This document shows, piece by piece, positions 29,304-39,106 of a stretch of DNA of 64,000 nt (position 1 is the stretch's first letter; each line of letters begins with the position of its first letter). Under the pieces are notes generated by a model that did not search any database, had not been told where the DNA came from, and saw only the letters and a list, made by a program, of their open reading frames with translations. Position numbers and translations under genes: made by a program. The stretch is taken from assembly GCA_039588295.1 (NCBI GenBank), contig JBDHAB010000011.1:1-64000 (forward strand), given 5' to 3'. The DNA is from Gemmatimonadota bacterium. Lineage in GTDB: Bacteria > Gemmatimonadota > Gemmatimonadetes > Gemmatimonadales > GWC2-71-9.

Positions 29304-30557
29304 TCAACCCCGAGGACGCACCGGCTGCGTCCATGCCACCTCCGTCTCACCCGCGCGATAGGGGTTCACCTTCGGTCGCGACGACGCAACTTTGGCACGC
29401 ACGTAGAGTTCATCGCCTGCGAACTCATAGGTCGCCGACGTGCCCTCGACCTCCGCCAGTACTTCACCGATCGCGTCACTGTAGCGGTATCGAACGGATG
29501 CCCTGCGGCCCGGCTCGGCGATCCGCTCTGCCGGAGGATAGCCCCTTCGGGTTCCGATGAATTGGATCGTGTAGGTCACACCCTCCTCAGCATCGACTAC
29601 GAGGGAGACATCCTCCTCATTCACCGTGACCTCGTCCAACTCCACGCCCGTCGAGCTGTAGAAATCGCCTCGTTCCAGCGCGGCAACCAGCGAATCCGCC
29701 TGCAGCGCTGACGTGCGCACCACGACCCATCCTCGTCCCGGATTGCTGTGCTCCGAATCCAACGCTCGATAATGATGAGCGTCATCGACCGCCACCCCGT
29801 ACATCAACTCTCGCCCCGCGGTCAACCGCTCCGCGAGAATGATGTCCCAGAGGCGTTCGGCGCTCGGGTGCAGCGCATCTCCTTCGTTACGCACCGCCGG
29901 ATGACCGTTGTATACCTCGAAGAACTTCTCCCGCTCTAACCAGATGAGATCCTCTGCCGTCATCGCCCACCCGTAGTTCGGGTGGTTGATGTGCGGGAAC
30001 ATCGCCTGCCCCAATCGTTGACGCTGTTCCAGCACCGCGTCCACATTGTTCTGCATGACCTCCAGAACACTGCCCCCACCCAGCGGCTCGATCAGTTCTG
30101 CGAGATTCGTGGCGTTGACATGGATCGGCTTTGACTCAAACCGATCGCTGATTTCCTCACTCTGTAGCACGAGGAACTGACTCGGTTCTTCGAAGAGGAC
30201 GCGATACTCGCTCAAGGTCTTGAGGCGCACCGATCGACGACCCTGCTCTTCCCTTTGCTCTACCCATTCACCACCGAAGCGGACAACATAGGCTTCGAGG
30301 TTCGTCAATCCTCCCGAGCGCTCCGATACCTCCACCCACTTCTCGCCGGCCGCCAGCACATTGTGATCAGACAGCGCGATGAAGGCATAGCCGTGCCGCT
30401 TGTACCAGTCGACCACCATTTCGGGGTAGTCGTCTCCATCACTCCACAGGGAATGTGTGTGAAGATTGCCCTTCCACCACTGGGGCGCCGCTGCGCCGTC
30501 GCACGAGATACCGACCCAAGCAACGACGGCGAGAACCGCGCGACGCCATGTGATCAA
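29304..30557 (-). CDS. PHP-like (CehA/McbA-type) metallohydrolase, probable lipoprotein
   Basis: KGNLHTHSLWSDG, SDHN, NHPN, EVYNGH, VDDAH metal ligands; GISC lipobox; GTGA overlap with the DUF1080 gene. Confidence 0.85.
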   Translation of the reverse strand: MITWRRAVLAVVAWVGISCDGAAAPQWWKGNLHTHSLWSDGDDYPEMVVDWYKRHGYAFIALSDHNVLAAGEKWVEVSERSGGLTNLEAYVVRFGGEWVEQREEQGRRSVRLKTLSEYRVLFEEPSQFLVLQSEEISDRFESKPIHVNATNLAELIEPLGGGSVLEVMQNNVDAVLEQRQRLGQAMFPHINHPNYGWAMTAEDLIWLEREKFFEVYNGHPAVRNEGDALHPSAERLWDIILAERLTAGRELMYGVAVDDAHHYRALDSEHSNPGRGWVVVRTSALQADSLVAALERGDFYSSTGVELDEVTVNEEDVSLVVDAEEGVTYTIQFIGTRRGYPPAERIAEPGRRASVRYRYSDAIGEVLAEVEGTSATYEFAGDELYVRAKVASSRPKVNPYRAGETEVAWTQPVRPRG

Positions 30558-31222
30558 GGCAGCTCCGTTACATAGATGTTCCTGAAGTACACGGGACTCC
30601 GGTCATCGTGGTTCTGCAATCCGATGTAGCCGCGTTGTGCAAAATCCTCCACCTTGCCGCGCGGCTCCGCCAGCCAATCGGTCACCTGTTTGCCGTTCAG
30701 CTCGACCGCGATGCGATTCCCCCTGAAGGTGATCCTGAACTGGTTCCATTCGCCGGGCTGGTTGGAAGCGGACTCACTGGGCGCTTCGGCATCGTACACC
30801 CCCGCGGTGTGGTGAATGCCCTCCCCCGCATCGTAGATCTGGACTTCGAAGCTGTGATAGATGTAGTCGTTACTCGTCGGTACGTCCGGCACGCGCAGAA
30901 ACACTCCGGAGTTCGTGTGCTCATCCGCACACTTGTACTCGAGTTCGAGCACGAAGTCTCCGTACGGTTTGACGGTGTACCAGAGCAGACCCATGCCACC
31001 GTGCGACGTGAGAACGCCCGTCTCCGGATCCAACTCGAAATAGCCCGGACCATAGTGGTTCCAGCCATGTTTCGAGTACCTCCCGTTGCGCGACTGCAAG
31101 ATCTGCTCGCGCTCGGACTGCATACCGGCTGCCGCCAGTGCTGTATCTTGCCCCTCACTGTTGGAGTATCCCCCGACGAGGATCACCCCAGCAACACAAC
31201 TGCAGATCGTGAGCCGTCTCAT
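30554..31222 (-). CDS. DUF1080 / 3-keto-disaccharide hydrolase family protein, exported
   Basis: YGDFVLELEYK, NSGVFLR, EVQIYD, GEWNQFRI, ELNG, GYIGLQNH...VYFRNIYV. Confidence 0.92.
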   Translation of the reverse strand: MRRLTICSCVAGVILVGGYSNSEGQDTALAAAGMQSEREQILQSRNGRYSKHGWNHYGPGYFELDPETGVLTSHGGMGLLWYTVKPYGDFVLELEYKCADEHTNSGVFLRVPDVPTSNDYIYHSFEVQIYDAGEGIHHTAGVYDAEAPSESASNQPGEWNQFRITFRGNRIAVELNGKQVTDWLAEPRGKVEDFAQRGYIGLQNHDDRSPVYFRNIYVTELP

Positions 31223-31260
31223 GAGTTCTCTCCACACTTCAGGTGATCGGTGGCGGTGAT

Positions 31261-32508
31261 TCACCGGCCTGGATTCCACTCCCCCCTCGCCACGGCCGGT
31301 ACGAATGACCCCAGATCGGGCGGCGGGAACGCGATGGTCCGCCCTTGCTCGGCACTCATGTAGGCGGTCATGAGCAACTCCGTCACATTAAGACCGTCGC
31401 TGAAGTTCTCTTTCGGACGCGTGCCGGCCAAAAATGACTGCACCATGTGTCGGTTCTCACCCACGTAACCATACTCCGATTCCTCGTCACTCACGACCGG
31501 CATGAGCCCCATTTCCGCATTCTGCTTCTCCACGAGATCTTCCCCCGCCTCACCCGTCACCTGCCGGCTGAAGAAGACCTTCGGGCCGGCATCGAGCGTA
31601 TTCACGGCGAGGGAGTACTCCGGCCCGAGCAATTCCATGGTGTGCCGCAGGCCAGCGCCCACGTAGCACCAGGAGGTGGTCGTTTCCACGATGCGCGCAT
31701 TGCCGTGGGCATCGCGATACTCCACGAGCGCCCGGGCAAAATCCTCCGACGGCCGGTTCCGGTAGTCCGTCGAGCCGCCGCTCTGTGCCGCCAGCTGGTC
31801 CGCATAGTGGGGCTGCTGCCATTTCAGGCACGACGTATGCGCAGTGACCTTGACCGGTGTCAGGACGTCCCGCGAAGCGCCCGGAGGAGTGAGCAGGAAA
31901 CGGGCGACCTCGACCGAGTGGCACATCATGTCGTTGAGCACGCCGCCACCCTGGAGCGACCCCTCCCAGAACCACGGCATATGTGGGCCGCTGTGTTCCT
32001 CCGTCGCGCGGGCCAGGAAGGGTGCGCCGGTGAGGGCCGCCCCCCGGGACCAAAGGATCGCCTTGCCCCGCACCACTGCGGGGGCGAACAGCTGATTCTC
32101 GAGGTAGCCGTCGAGCAGTCCGGCCCGCTCGACCAGTTCGAGCATCTGTCGCGCCTCCGCCGCATTCCGTCCGAGCGGCTTCTCGCACGCCACGCCGAGC
32201 AGCTCACCCTTCCCACTCTCGACGGCGTGCACGATCTCCTCCGTCACCTCGATCCGTGTGAAGTTCGGCGAACAGATCCAGATGGCGTCCACCGCCGGGT
32301 CCGCAACCATCTCGCTGATGGACCTGAACGGCCTCGCATCGCCCACCCCGAGGGTGCACGCGAGGGCCGCAGCCTCCTCGGCCGTCCCGCTGCGCCCGAC
32401 GACGCCACGGACGTCGCCGTCCCGCACGCCGACGAACGAGCGAATGTGGAACCGGGCCACGAACCCGCCACCCACGAACCCTACGCCCAGTCGCTTCTTG
32501 CGCGCCAT
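31261..32508 (-). CDS. Gfo/Idh/MocA family oxidoreductase (no signal peptide)
   Basis: GFVGGGFVARFH Rossmann fold; CEKPLG; GGGVLNDMMCH. Confidence 0.9.
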   Translation of the reverse strand: MARKKRLGVGFVGGGFVARFHIRSFVGVRDGDVRGVVGRSGTAEEAAALACTLGVGDARPFRSISEMVADPAVDAIWICSPNFTRIEVTEEIVHAVESGKGELLGVACEKPLGRNAAEARQMLELVERAGLLDGYLENQLFAPAVVRGKAILWSRGAALTGAPFLARATEEHSGPHMPWFWEGSLQGGGVLNDMMCHSVEVARFLLTPPGASRDVLTPVKVTAHTSCLKWQQPHYADQLAAQSGGSTDYRNRPSEDFARALVEYRDAHGNARIVETTTSWCYVGAGLRHTMELLGPEYSLAVNTLDAGPKVFFSRQVTGEAGEDLVEKQNAEMGLMPVVSDEESEYGYVGENRHMVQSFLAGTRPKENFSDGLNVTELLMTAYMSAEQGRTIAFPPPDLGSFVPAVARGEWNPGR

Positions 32509-32613
32509 GCCCGCAGCCACCTTTCGTGCGATGGGAGTCCTGGCCTTCGTACCCACGTCCCTACGCCTCCGCCCGCGCTTCCGGCCCCTCTTCCCCCCTG
32601 AAGAGCACCAACC

Positions 32614-33864
32614 CTACGTGGCCTCGTCGTCCGCCGCTTTGGCCCTGAGCTGATCGACCCGGTCGTAGAAGAGCAGGGCAAAGCCCACCATGACGACGGC
32701 CGCAAACGCCGCCGGGACGAGCCAGAATTGTCGCCACTGGCCGAGCGTCAGCGCGTCCGCATCGCCCAGGAAGGCGTTGAAGAGGTTGCCCGCCGCCTGA
32801 GCGCCGATCAGCATTCCAAGCCCGTAGGTGACCAGCACCAGCATCCCCTGCGCCTGGCCGCGAATCGCGGGCGTCGACTTCTTGTCGACGTAAATCTGGC
32901 CGGTGACGAAGAAGAAATCGTAGCAGATTCCGTGCAGCATGATGCCTACGATGATCATCCAGAAGACCTCGCTTGGCGCCGCGAGGGCGAAGAACACGTA
33001 GCGCAGAGCCCACGCCCCCATGCCGGCAACGAGCATCCACTTCACGCCAAGGCGGACAAAGAACACCGGCATCAGGAGCATGAAGATCACCTCGGACATC
33101 TGCCCGAGCGTCTGCGTACCGGCGATGTTCTGGAACCCCGTTGCCTCAAGAAAGAGCTGCGTGAAGTTGTAGTACGCCGCGAGCGGGATCGAGATGAGCA
33201 GCGAGGCGCCGAGGAACACGTAAAACGGTCTGCTGCCCAGTTCCTTCAGCGCGTCGAGTCCGAGGATACTGCGGGGTGAGACCTTCTCTCCCACAGCCGG
33301 AGGCGGCGTGTGTGGCAACGAGAAGGCGTACAGACCCAAAACGACACTCGTCGCCGCCGCCGTGTAGAGTGGCAGCGGCGTCTGCTCGGGCAGACTCCCG
33401 CCCGCCACGAACAGTCTGAGCACCAAGCTGACAAAAAGACCGGCAACGATCCAGCCGATCGTGCCGAACACCCGGATGAGCGGAAAGTGCTTTTCCTGGT
33501 CGGCGATGTTGTGAAACGCGAGCGAGTTCGCCAAGCCAAGGGTTGGCATGAAGCAGAGGTTGTAGAGCAGAAGCAGCAGCACGAACACCGCCGGTGCGCC
33601 GCTGAATTGCGGGACGGTCAACAACACCAGGCCGCCGAGGATGTGTAACACCCCCAGCACCTTCTCAGTCGAGAAGTAGCGATCGGCCACCAGCCCCAGA
33701 AAGAACGGCGCCACGATAGCCGCGATGGGATTGACTGTGAAGGGCCAGTGCGTCAGGTCGCCCATGCCCTCAGCCGTCATGTACACGGCGATAGACGTGT
33801 ACCACGCCCCCCAGACGAAGAACTGGAGGAACATCATGATCCCGAGGCGGGTCTTGGTGCTCAC
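32614..33864 (-). CDS. MFS nucleoside:H+ symporter family permease (NupG/YegT-like)
   Basis: MMFLQFFVWGAW, LVADRYFS, IRVFGTIGW, GQMSEV, LHGICYDFFFVTGQIYVD. Confidence 0.92.
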   Translation of the reverse strand: MSTKTRLGIMMFLQFFVWGAWYTSIAVYMTAEGMGDLTHWPFTVNPIAAIVAPFFLGLVADRYFSTEKVLGVLHILGGLVLLTVPQFSGAPAVFVLLLLLYNLCFMPTLGLANSLAFHNIADQEKHFPLIRVFGTIGWIVAGLFVSLVLRLFVAGGSLPEQTPLPLYTAAATSVVLGLYAFSLPHTPPPAVGEKVSPRSILGLDALKELGSRPFYVFLGASLLISIPLAAYYNFTQLFLEATGFQNIAGTQTLGQMSEVIFMLLMPVFFVRLGVKWMLVAGMGAWALRYVFFALAAPSEVFWMIIVGIMLHGICYDFFFVTGQIYVDKKSTPAIRGQAQGMLVLVTYGLGMLIGAQAAGNLFNAFLGDADALTLGQWRQFWLVPAAFAAVVMVGFALLFYDRVDQLRAKAADDEAT

Positions 33865-33906
33865 GGCGGATCCTCGGTGGTTGAGAGGTTAAGCGGTTGA
33901 GCGGTC

Positions 33907-33947
33907 GGACGGACCGGCGGGAAGAGCTCCCGCCCGCCGGTCTGTCC
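33907..33947. other. Intra-operon 15-bp GC-rich hairpin (REP-like or mRNA-stabilising)
   Basis: GGACGGACCGGCGGG / CCCGCCGGTCTGTCC, one G-U pair. Confidence 0.5.
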
Positions 33948-33959
33948 CATCCCGTCCTG

Positions 33960-35552
33960 CTACACGATCGTCCGACGTACCGGGTCCCACTCCACCTTGC
34001 GACCTTCCTGGAAGGACCTGGTCGCCATGTGGCACGTAATCGCCTCCTCGAACGCCCGCTCGATGTTACAGCTCGTCACGCCACCGTTGCGGATGACGTC
34101 GAGCCACTCCGCGATGAGGAGGTGGTACGCCGATACCCTTCGCCCACCGCGGTAAGTGTACAACAGCCCCCGGCTTGCGAAATACTCCGCCGTCGCCGAC
34201 GTGACGGCGTCGATTCCCTTGAAACCGGGTCGATACGTAAACATCGGCCGGGACGGGTCGATGATCTTGTCCTCGATCTTCTTCTCGTACCGCGTGGACT
34301 CACCATCCGCCGTGACGGACAGACTTCCGCTCACCTTCATGGACGCGTCATGTCCCATGAACGTGAGGCCGCGGTAATTCCCGTTCGCGAGCGTGGCGCT
34401 GTAGACAAATGTGAGATCGCGATCGGGGTATTCGTACACGGCCTGGAACACGTCGGGCACGTCGCGACCGTCCTTGAAGTAGTAGATCCCCCCGGACGCT
34501 GTCGCCGATTTGGGAATCCCCAACTGCAGGATCTGGTTGACGCCGTCGTACTCGTGAGACAGCAGATCGCCGGACAGTCCCGTCCCGTAGTCAAACCAGC
34601 AACGCCAGCGGAAGAAGCGCTCGAGATTGAAGGGCACCCGGTTGGGCGCCGGTCCCTGGAACAAGTCCCAGTCGATCGTCTCGGGACTACCCTCCTCGTG
34701 GATATCCCAGACCCACGCCCCCCACGGCGTGTTCCGGTTGGTCGTGCCTTCGACCAATGTGATGGGACCAAGGATGCCGGCGTCGATGACCTCGCGAGCC
34801 TTGTTGTGTGCCTCCGACTGGCGGTTCTGGTGTCCGAGCTGGAACACGATGTCCGAATTCGTCACGGCGTCGTATGCGGCGTGGGCCTCCTCTTCGGTCC
34901 GCGTCATACATTTCTCGCAGTAGACATGGATGCCCTCGGCTGCCGCGTCAGCGGTCATCCGGGAGTGCCAGTGATCGGGTGTCGCGATGATCACCGCGTC
35001 CACGTCGCCGCTCTGCAGCAGGTCTTGGTAGTGGCGATACCGCTTCGCGGCAGGAAACGGACCCCCAGCACCAGGTCGAATCTCCACCTGGGACGCTGCG
35101 ATCGCCCGTTCCGCACGCACGTCGAACACATCGCACACCGCGGTGAACTGGACGTTCAGGTCCTGCTGGTCCAGGTACACCTCGAGCGCCTTGTGGCGCG
35201 GATCGTCTGCGACGTTCTGACGCTGTTCCTCGATCCAGTCGGGGTGCGCAAACCCGGCGTGCCGGACGAGCGCCTCACCTTCCCCGCCATACCCAATGAT
35301 CCCGAGGCGAACGCGTTCGCCCGGTGGCCTTGAGATCGCATCCGGAATAACGGCGGGGCCGGTTTCACTCACACCGAGCTCGGACAGGATCTCTCGCTTC
35401 TTGAGATCGTCCGCCGCCTTCTTCTTGAAGAAACTGTAGAAGAAGGCTCCAAAGACGGGGATCGACACCAACAGCTCGAGAAACCCGCGCCGGCCGATAC
35501 CGCCGCTGACCTCGCGACCCTCGACGCTCCGATTCTTAGTCTCGTCACTCAT
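33960..35552 (-). CDS. Gfo/Idh/MocA oxidoreductase with twin-arginine/TM N-terminus (candidate glycoside 3-dehydrogenase)
   Basis: GRRGFL followed by a hydrophobic segment; GIIGYGGEG, IATPDHWH, YCEK, FQLGHQ, WRCWFDYGTGLSGDLLSH. Confidence 0.9.
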   Translation of the reverse strand: MSDETKNRSVEGREVSGGIGRRGFLELLVSIPVFGAFFYSFFKKKAADDLKKREILSELGVSETGPAVIPDAISRPPGERVRLGIIGYGGEGEALVRHAGFAHPDWIEEQRQNVADDPRHKALEVYLDQQDLNVQFTAVCDVFDVRAERAIAASQVEIRPGAGGPFPAAKRYRHYQDLLQSGDVDAVIIATPDHWHSRMTADAAAEGIHVYCEKCMTRTEEEAHAAYDAVTNSDIVFQLGHQNRQSEAHNKAREVIDAGILGPITLVEGTTNRNTPWGAWVWDIHEEGSPETIDWDLFQGPAPNRVPFNLERFFRWRCWFDYGTGLSGDLLSHEYDGVNQILQLGIPKSATASGGIYYFKDGRDVPDVFQAVYEYPDRDLTFVYSATLANGNYRGLTFMGHDASMKVSGSLSVTADGESTRYEKKIEDKIIDPSRPMFTYRPGFKGIDAVTSATAEYFASRGLLYTYRGGRRVSAYHLLIAEWLDVIRNGGVTSCNIERAFEEAITCHMATRSFQEGRKVEWDPVRRTIV

Positions 35553-35566
35553 CGTTTTCGCTCCCC

Positions 35567-36085
35567 TCAGGCGTGAGCCTGCTTCAGGGACGTGTTCGAA
35601 GGGCTGCGCCACAGGGCAATCAACCGGTCGACTCCAAAGACCTTCCCGGTCGGAAACGCGAGCAGAGCGACCAGCGCCGCCAGCTCGATCATGATCTTGT
35701 TGACGATCAGATAGCTCCCTTCCGCAGGCATAGCGTACTCATAGCCGACAAACGGTGGAGCGGCGATGTAATAGAGAACCAGCAGCGCCATGCCAGCAAC
35801 CGTAGCGACGCGCGTCAACGCTCCCAGCATGAGCCCCAGTCCAATGAGGATGAGCCCCCAGATGTTGACGTAGTCCACCACGGTCAGGAGCGACGGATTC
35901 GCGGCCACGCCGAGGAACAGATCTTTGAGCCACCATTGGGACTCCGCGAGATAGCCGGCCGACGTCCAGTACTCGTTCGTGAGCTTGGCGAGACCCTCGT
36001 AGAAGAAATGCCAACCGATGAGGATCCGCAGTGTGACCAGGCCAATTGCCTGGAAGCGGGTGTACTGCCCTGATTCATGCATCAT
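35567..36085 (-). CDS. DoxX family membrane protein (DoxD/TQO-like)
   Basis: LRILIGWHFFYEGLAK, GLILIGLGLMLG, EGSYLIVNK, FGVD. Confidence 0.88.
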   Translation of the reverse strand: MMHESGQYTRFQAIGLVTLRILIGWHFFYEGLAKLTNEYWTSAGYLAESQWWLKDLFLGVAANPSLLTVVDYVNIWGLILIGLGLMLGALTRVATVAGMALLVLYYIAAPPFVGYEYAMPAEGSYLIVNKIMIELAALVALLAFPTGKVFGVDRLIALWRSPSNTSLKQAHA

Positions 36086-37125
36086 GCCTCCGCCTCTTCT
36101 CCGTTGACGCAGGGCGCACTCCGCCAGCCCCCTGTCCTCCGCTGCGTTCCATCCCTCTCAATGAGCAGACATTCACAGCCGGGCAGCGCATCGACGAACG
36201 CGATCCCGGCCTTTGGCTCCATCACGAACAACCCAGTCGCCAGTGCGTCAGCGGCCATCGTCGTTGGGGCAACCACCGACGCACTTCTGGTGAGGTGGGG
36301 AGAGACTCCCGATGTCGAGTTGACAATGTGGTGGAACCGCTCGTCGCGGTCGAAGTAAATCTCGTAGCTGCCCGACGTTGCCACCGCCCCGCCGCTAGGA
36401 TGGATCGTGTCGGGAAACCTGCCGGCCTTTTCGGGGTCTTGCACCGCGACGGTCCACGGGAGCTTCCGCTCCTTGGTCCCAGCCGCACGGATGTCACCAC
36501 CCGCATCGATCAAATAGCGTCCGATTCGGTGTCGCTCGAGTTCCCGTGCCATGCAGTCGACGATGTAGCCTTTGGCGATCCCGTCCAAGGTGACCCGCAT
36601 ACCGGACCTGCGGAACCGGATCTGTCGCTGCGACACCTCGAGATGCTCGATCCCTACGAGTTCCAGCGCCTCCCGGACTTCGCCTCGCTCCGGCGTCGTG
36701 CCGTCGAGCCGGTCCCGGAACAGGTCGATCACGGGTGCGACCGAGATATCGAAGGTCCCGCGTGTCACCTCGTGGAACTGTTGAGATCGCGAGATGACGT
36801 GGGCGAGCTCGGGTGGTGCGCTGTCCAGCCGACCCGCGTGGTTGAGCTGACTCAGCGCCGAGCCGCTCTCGTACCGACTAAACACGGCGATCAGCCGGTC
36901 CATCTCCTCGAGCGCCCGTCCAATAGCCTCCTCCGCCCGCTGCTGCGACCGTGCCAGCGCCGAGACCGACACCAGGGTGCCCATGGCCAGCTTCGTCCTG
37001 GTGACTTTGTGCGTCTTTCGGTCGATACGGAGGGCTTGGGTGGTGACGGGGACACAATCGACGCGCTCGAGGCCCAGCTGCCGGAGGGCAGACAGCTTTC
37101 GGGCAATTCGAGCGGCCTCGTGCAT
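36082..37125 (-). CDS. apbE: FAD:protein FMN transferase (ApbE family)
   Basis: AMGT, SALSQLN, GTFDISV, LDGIAKGYIVD, AGGDI, ATSGSYE, HHIV, ADALATGLFVM. Confidence 0.93.
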   Translation of the reverse strand: MHEAARIARKLSALRQLGLERVDCVPVTTQALRIDRKTHKVTRTKLAMGTLVSVSALARSQQRAEEAIGRALEEMDRLIAVFSRYESGSALSQLNHAGRLDSAPPELAHVISRSQQFHEVTRGTFDISVAPVIDLFRDRLDGTTPERGEVREALELVGIEHLEVSQRQIRFRRSGMRVTLDGIAKGYIVDCMARELERHRIGRYLIDAGGDIRAAGTKERKLPWTVAVQDPEKAGRFPDTIHPSGGAVATSGSYEIYFDRDERFHHIVNSTSGVSPHLTRSASVVAPTTMAADALATGLFVMEPKAGIAFVDALPGCECLLIERDGTQRRTGGWRSAPCVNGEEAEA

Positions 37126-37166
37126 GCGACCTCGGGTTCTCGGCTCGTAGGAGACGAGCGAATATA

Positions 37167-38162
37167 TCAGCCGGTGGCCAGGGACAGCCAGTTTCGCTGG
37201 ATTTCGTCCGCCGGCTTACCGATACCCGCGGCCCGATACTCCTCGTCTAGTCGAGTGCGCGCCCGCTCGAGCAGCGCCAGCGTTGCGCGGATTCCGTCGG
37301 GTTCGCTCAGCTGGCTTCCCTCGTACTCGATGCCCACGTAGCCGCGGTACCCGGCATCGAGCACGATCCGAAGCATGCGCAAGTAGTCAGTCCGTGTCTC
37401 GTTCCCGTGTTCGTCGAACTCGTTCGCCTTGGCACTGACCGCCTTGGCGAACGGCATCAGCTGCGCTACGCCGTCGTAGCGATCGTACCACTCGCCCTCT
37501 CGAATACGGAAGTTGCCGAAATCCGGCAGCGTTCCGCAGCCGGGATGACCCACGGCACGCATCACGCTCGCCAGCCACGCGCCGTTCGACGACAGGCCTC
37601 CGTGGTTCTCCACGATGACGTTGATTCCCCGATCGGTGGCGAACTCGGTGAGTCGCCGAAGGCCATCGGCGGCCAGCTCCCGCTGTTCCTCCGGTGAGCC
37701 CTGCGATTGGGCATTGACGCGAATCGAGTGACAGCCGAGGTGCGTCGCAGCATCGACCCAACGGTGGTGATTCTCGACCGCCTTCGTGCGTGCGGTGTCG
37801 TCAGGATCGCCAATCGCGCCCTCGCCGTCGCACATGATGAGAAGGCTCCGAACACCATGGTCTGCTGCTCTCTGCCTCAGCTCGTTCAGATAGCCCAGAT
37901 CCTCCGCCTTGTCCTTGAAAAACGAGTTGACGTACTCGACGGCATCCAGTCCATAGTCCATTCGGGCGGTCGCCGGGAAATCGAGGTTGTCCAGGTCGCC
38001 GGCGTACAAGGTGCGGTGGAGCGACCACTCCGCTAACGAGATTTGAAAGAGAGGGGCGGATGGCCGCACGCGTGAGAGACGCGAGGGCGAGGCACACGCT
38101 GCCGCCGGAAGCGCGGCAAGCGCGGATTTGACGAACACGCGGCGGCTGATGGAGTGTAGCAT
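37167..38162 (-). CDS. Sugar phosphate isomerase/epimerase (xylose-isomerase-like TIM barrel) with Tat signal
   Basis: SRRVFVK Tat motif; [34 protein letters not shown]. Confidence 0.92.
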   Translation of the reverse strand: MLHSISRRVFVKSALAALPAAACASPSRLSRVRPSAPLFQISLAEWSLHRTLYAGDLDNLDFPATARMDYGLDAVEYVNSFFKDKAEDLGYLNELRQRAADHGVRSLLIMCDGEGAIGDPDDTARTKAVENHHRWVDAATHLGCHSIRVNAQSQGSPEEQRELAADGLRRLTEFATDRGINVIVENHGGLSSNGAWLASVMRAVGHPGCGTLPDFGNFRIREGEWYDRYDGVAQLMPFAKAVSAKANEFDEHGNETRTDYLRMLRIVLDAGYRGYVGIEYEGSQLSEPDGIRATLALLERARTRLDEEYRAAGIGKPADEIQRNWLSLATG

Positions 38163-38353
38163 GGTTCTCCGACGGCTGACGTTGGTCTAAGATATGAAGC
38201 CCGACACAAGCAGGCCAGATGCGGACGGTTTCGCCCGTCGCTCACATCCTTGCCACCATGGACCCCGGGCGTACCTTGTACGAGCACACCAATCCCCAGG
38301 TGTCCCGCCAACTTCGCTGTCGGTCTTTCCACCGAGCCCTGCGGGGGGGTCGC

Positions 38354-38794
38354 ATGCCTGAGCTCTCGATGGTCTCCCGAGTGAGTCTCTATGTGCTGGT
38401 AGCCTCGATCGGTATCCTTGCCCTCATCATCTGGTCGGTCCAGGTTGGTGTGCTCAACGGCAGGGCATTCAAGAACCCAGATGGATCGGTGGACGATTGG
38501 CACGAGCAGAAGCTGTTCTACGGGATCTCCTTCGCGGACGTGTTCGTTGCGTGTCCGGCCAGCGTTGCTGGGATCATCCTGGTACTTGTGGCTCCGCGGT
38601 GGGGATGCTACGTGCTGGCTCTCGTGAGCTTCTGGCTCGTCTGGACAAACATCATGACCACTGCGAGCAGTCTTCGCTTCGAACAGCCACGGATCACCCT
38701 CATGTGGTTCATCGTGTTCCCTCTCGGGGCGCTCGTGGGCCTCGCCTACATTGCGTGGACCATCGTGCACTTCGACATCATCTACTCATTGTGA
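38354..38794 (+). CDS. Hypothetical 4-TM membrane protein
   Basis: Four hydrophobic helices with a polar loop NPDGSVDDWHEQK. Confidence 0.72.
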   Translation: MPELSMVSRVSLYVLVASIGILALIIWSVQVGVLNGRAFKNPDGSVDDWHEQKLFYGISFADVFVACPASVAGIILVLVAPRWGCYVLALVSFWLVWTNIMTTASSLRFEQPRITLMWFIVFPLGALVGLAYIAWTIVHFDIIYSL

Positions 38795-38938
38795 ACTTCA
38801 CGGGTAGCTTACAGTACTGCGCACCTGTCTAGACGGTCTTCATACTCATCTAACGGTACCTTCACGAGGGATGTCCCTAAGCGTCTGTTCATGCAAGACG
38901 CGGTCAACACGCGAACCGAATCTCATGGAGAACCTATC

Positions 38939-39106
38939 GTGGCAACAATAGCTCAAGTCGTCGAGAGGCGTCACAAACTCATCATCTCGTTGCTCGTGCT
39001 CGTGATTCTCGTGATGGTGACGTCCTGTCTATTCCATGACATCATCCCAATCTGTCACTGGCTGTTCGGATGTGACCATCAGATGCATGTTGCCGCCGCT
39101 CCATAG
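38939..39106 (+). CDS. Small single-TM protein with His/Cys-rich C-terminus (alternative start at 38891)
   Basis: GGAGA RBS before GTG; TM LIISLLVLVILVMVT; tail CLFHDIIPICHWLFGCDHQMH. Confidence 0.55.
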   Translation: MATIAQVVERRHKLIISLLVLVILVMVTSCLFHDIIPICHWLFGCDHQMHVAAAP

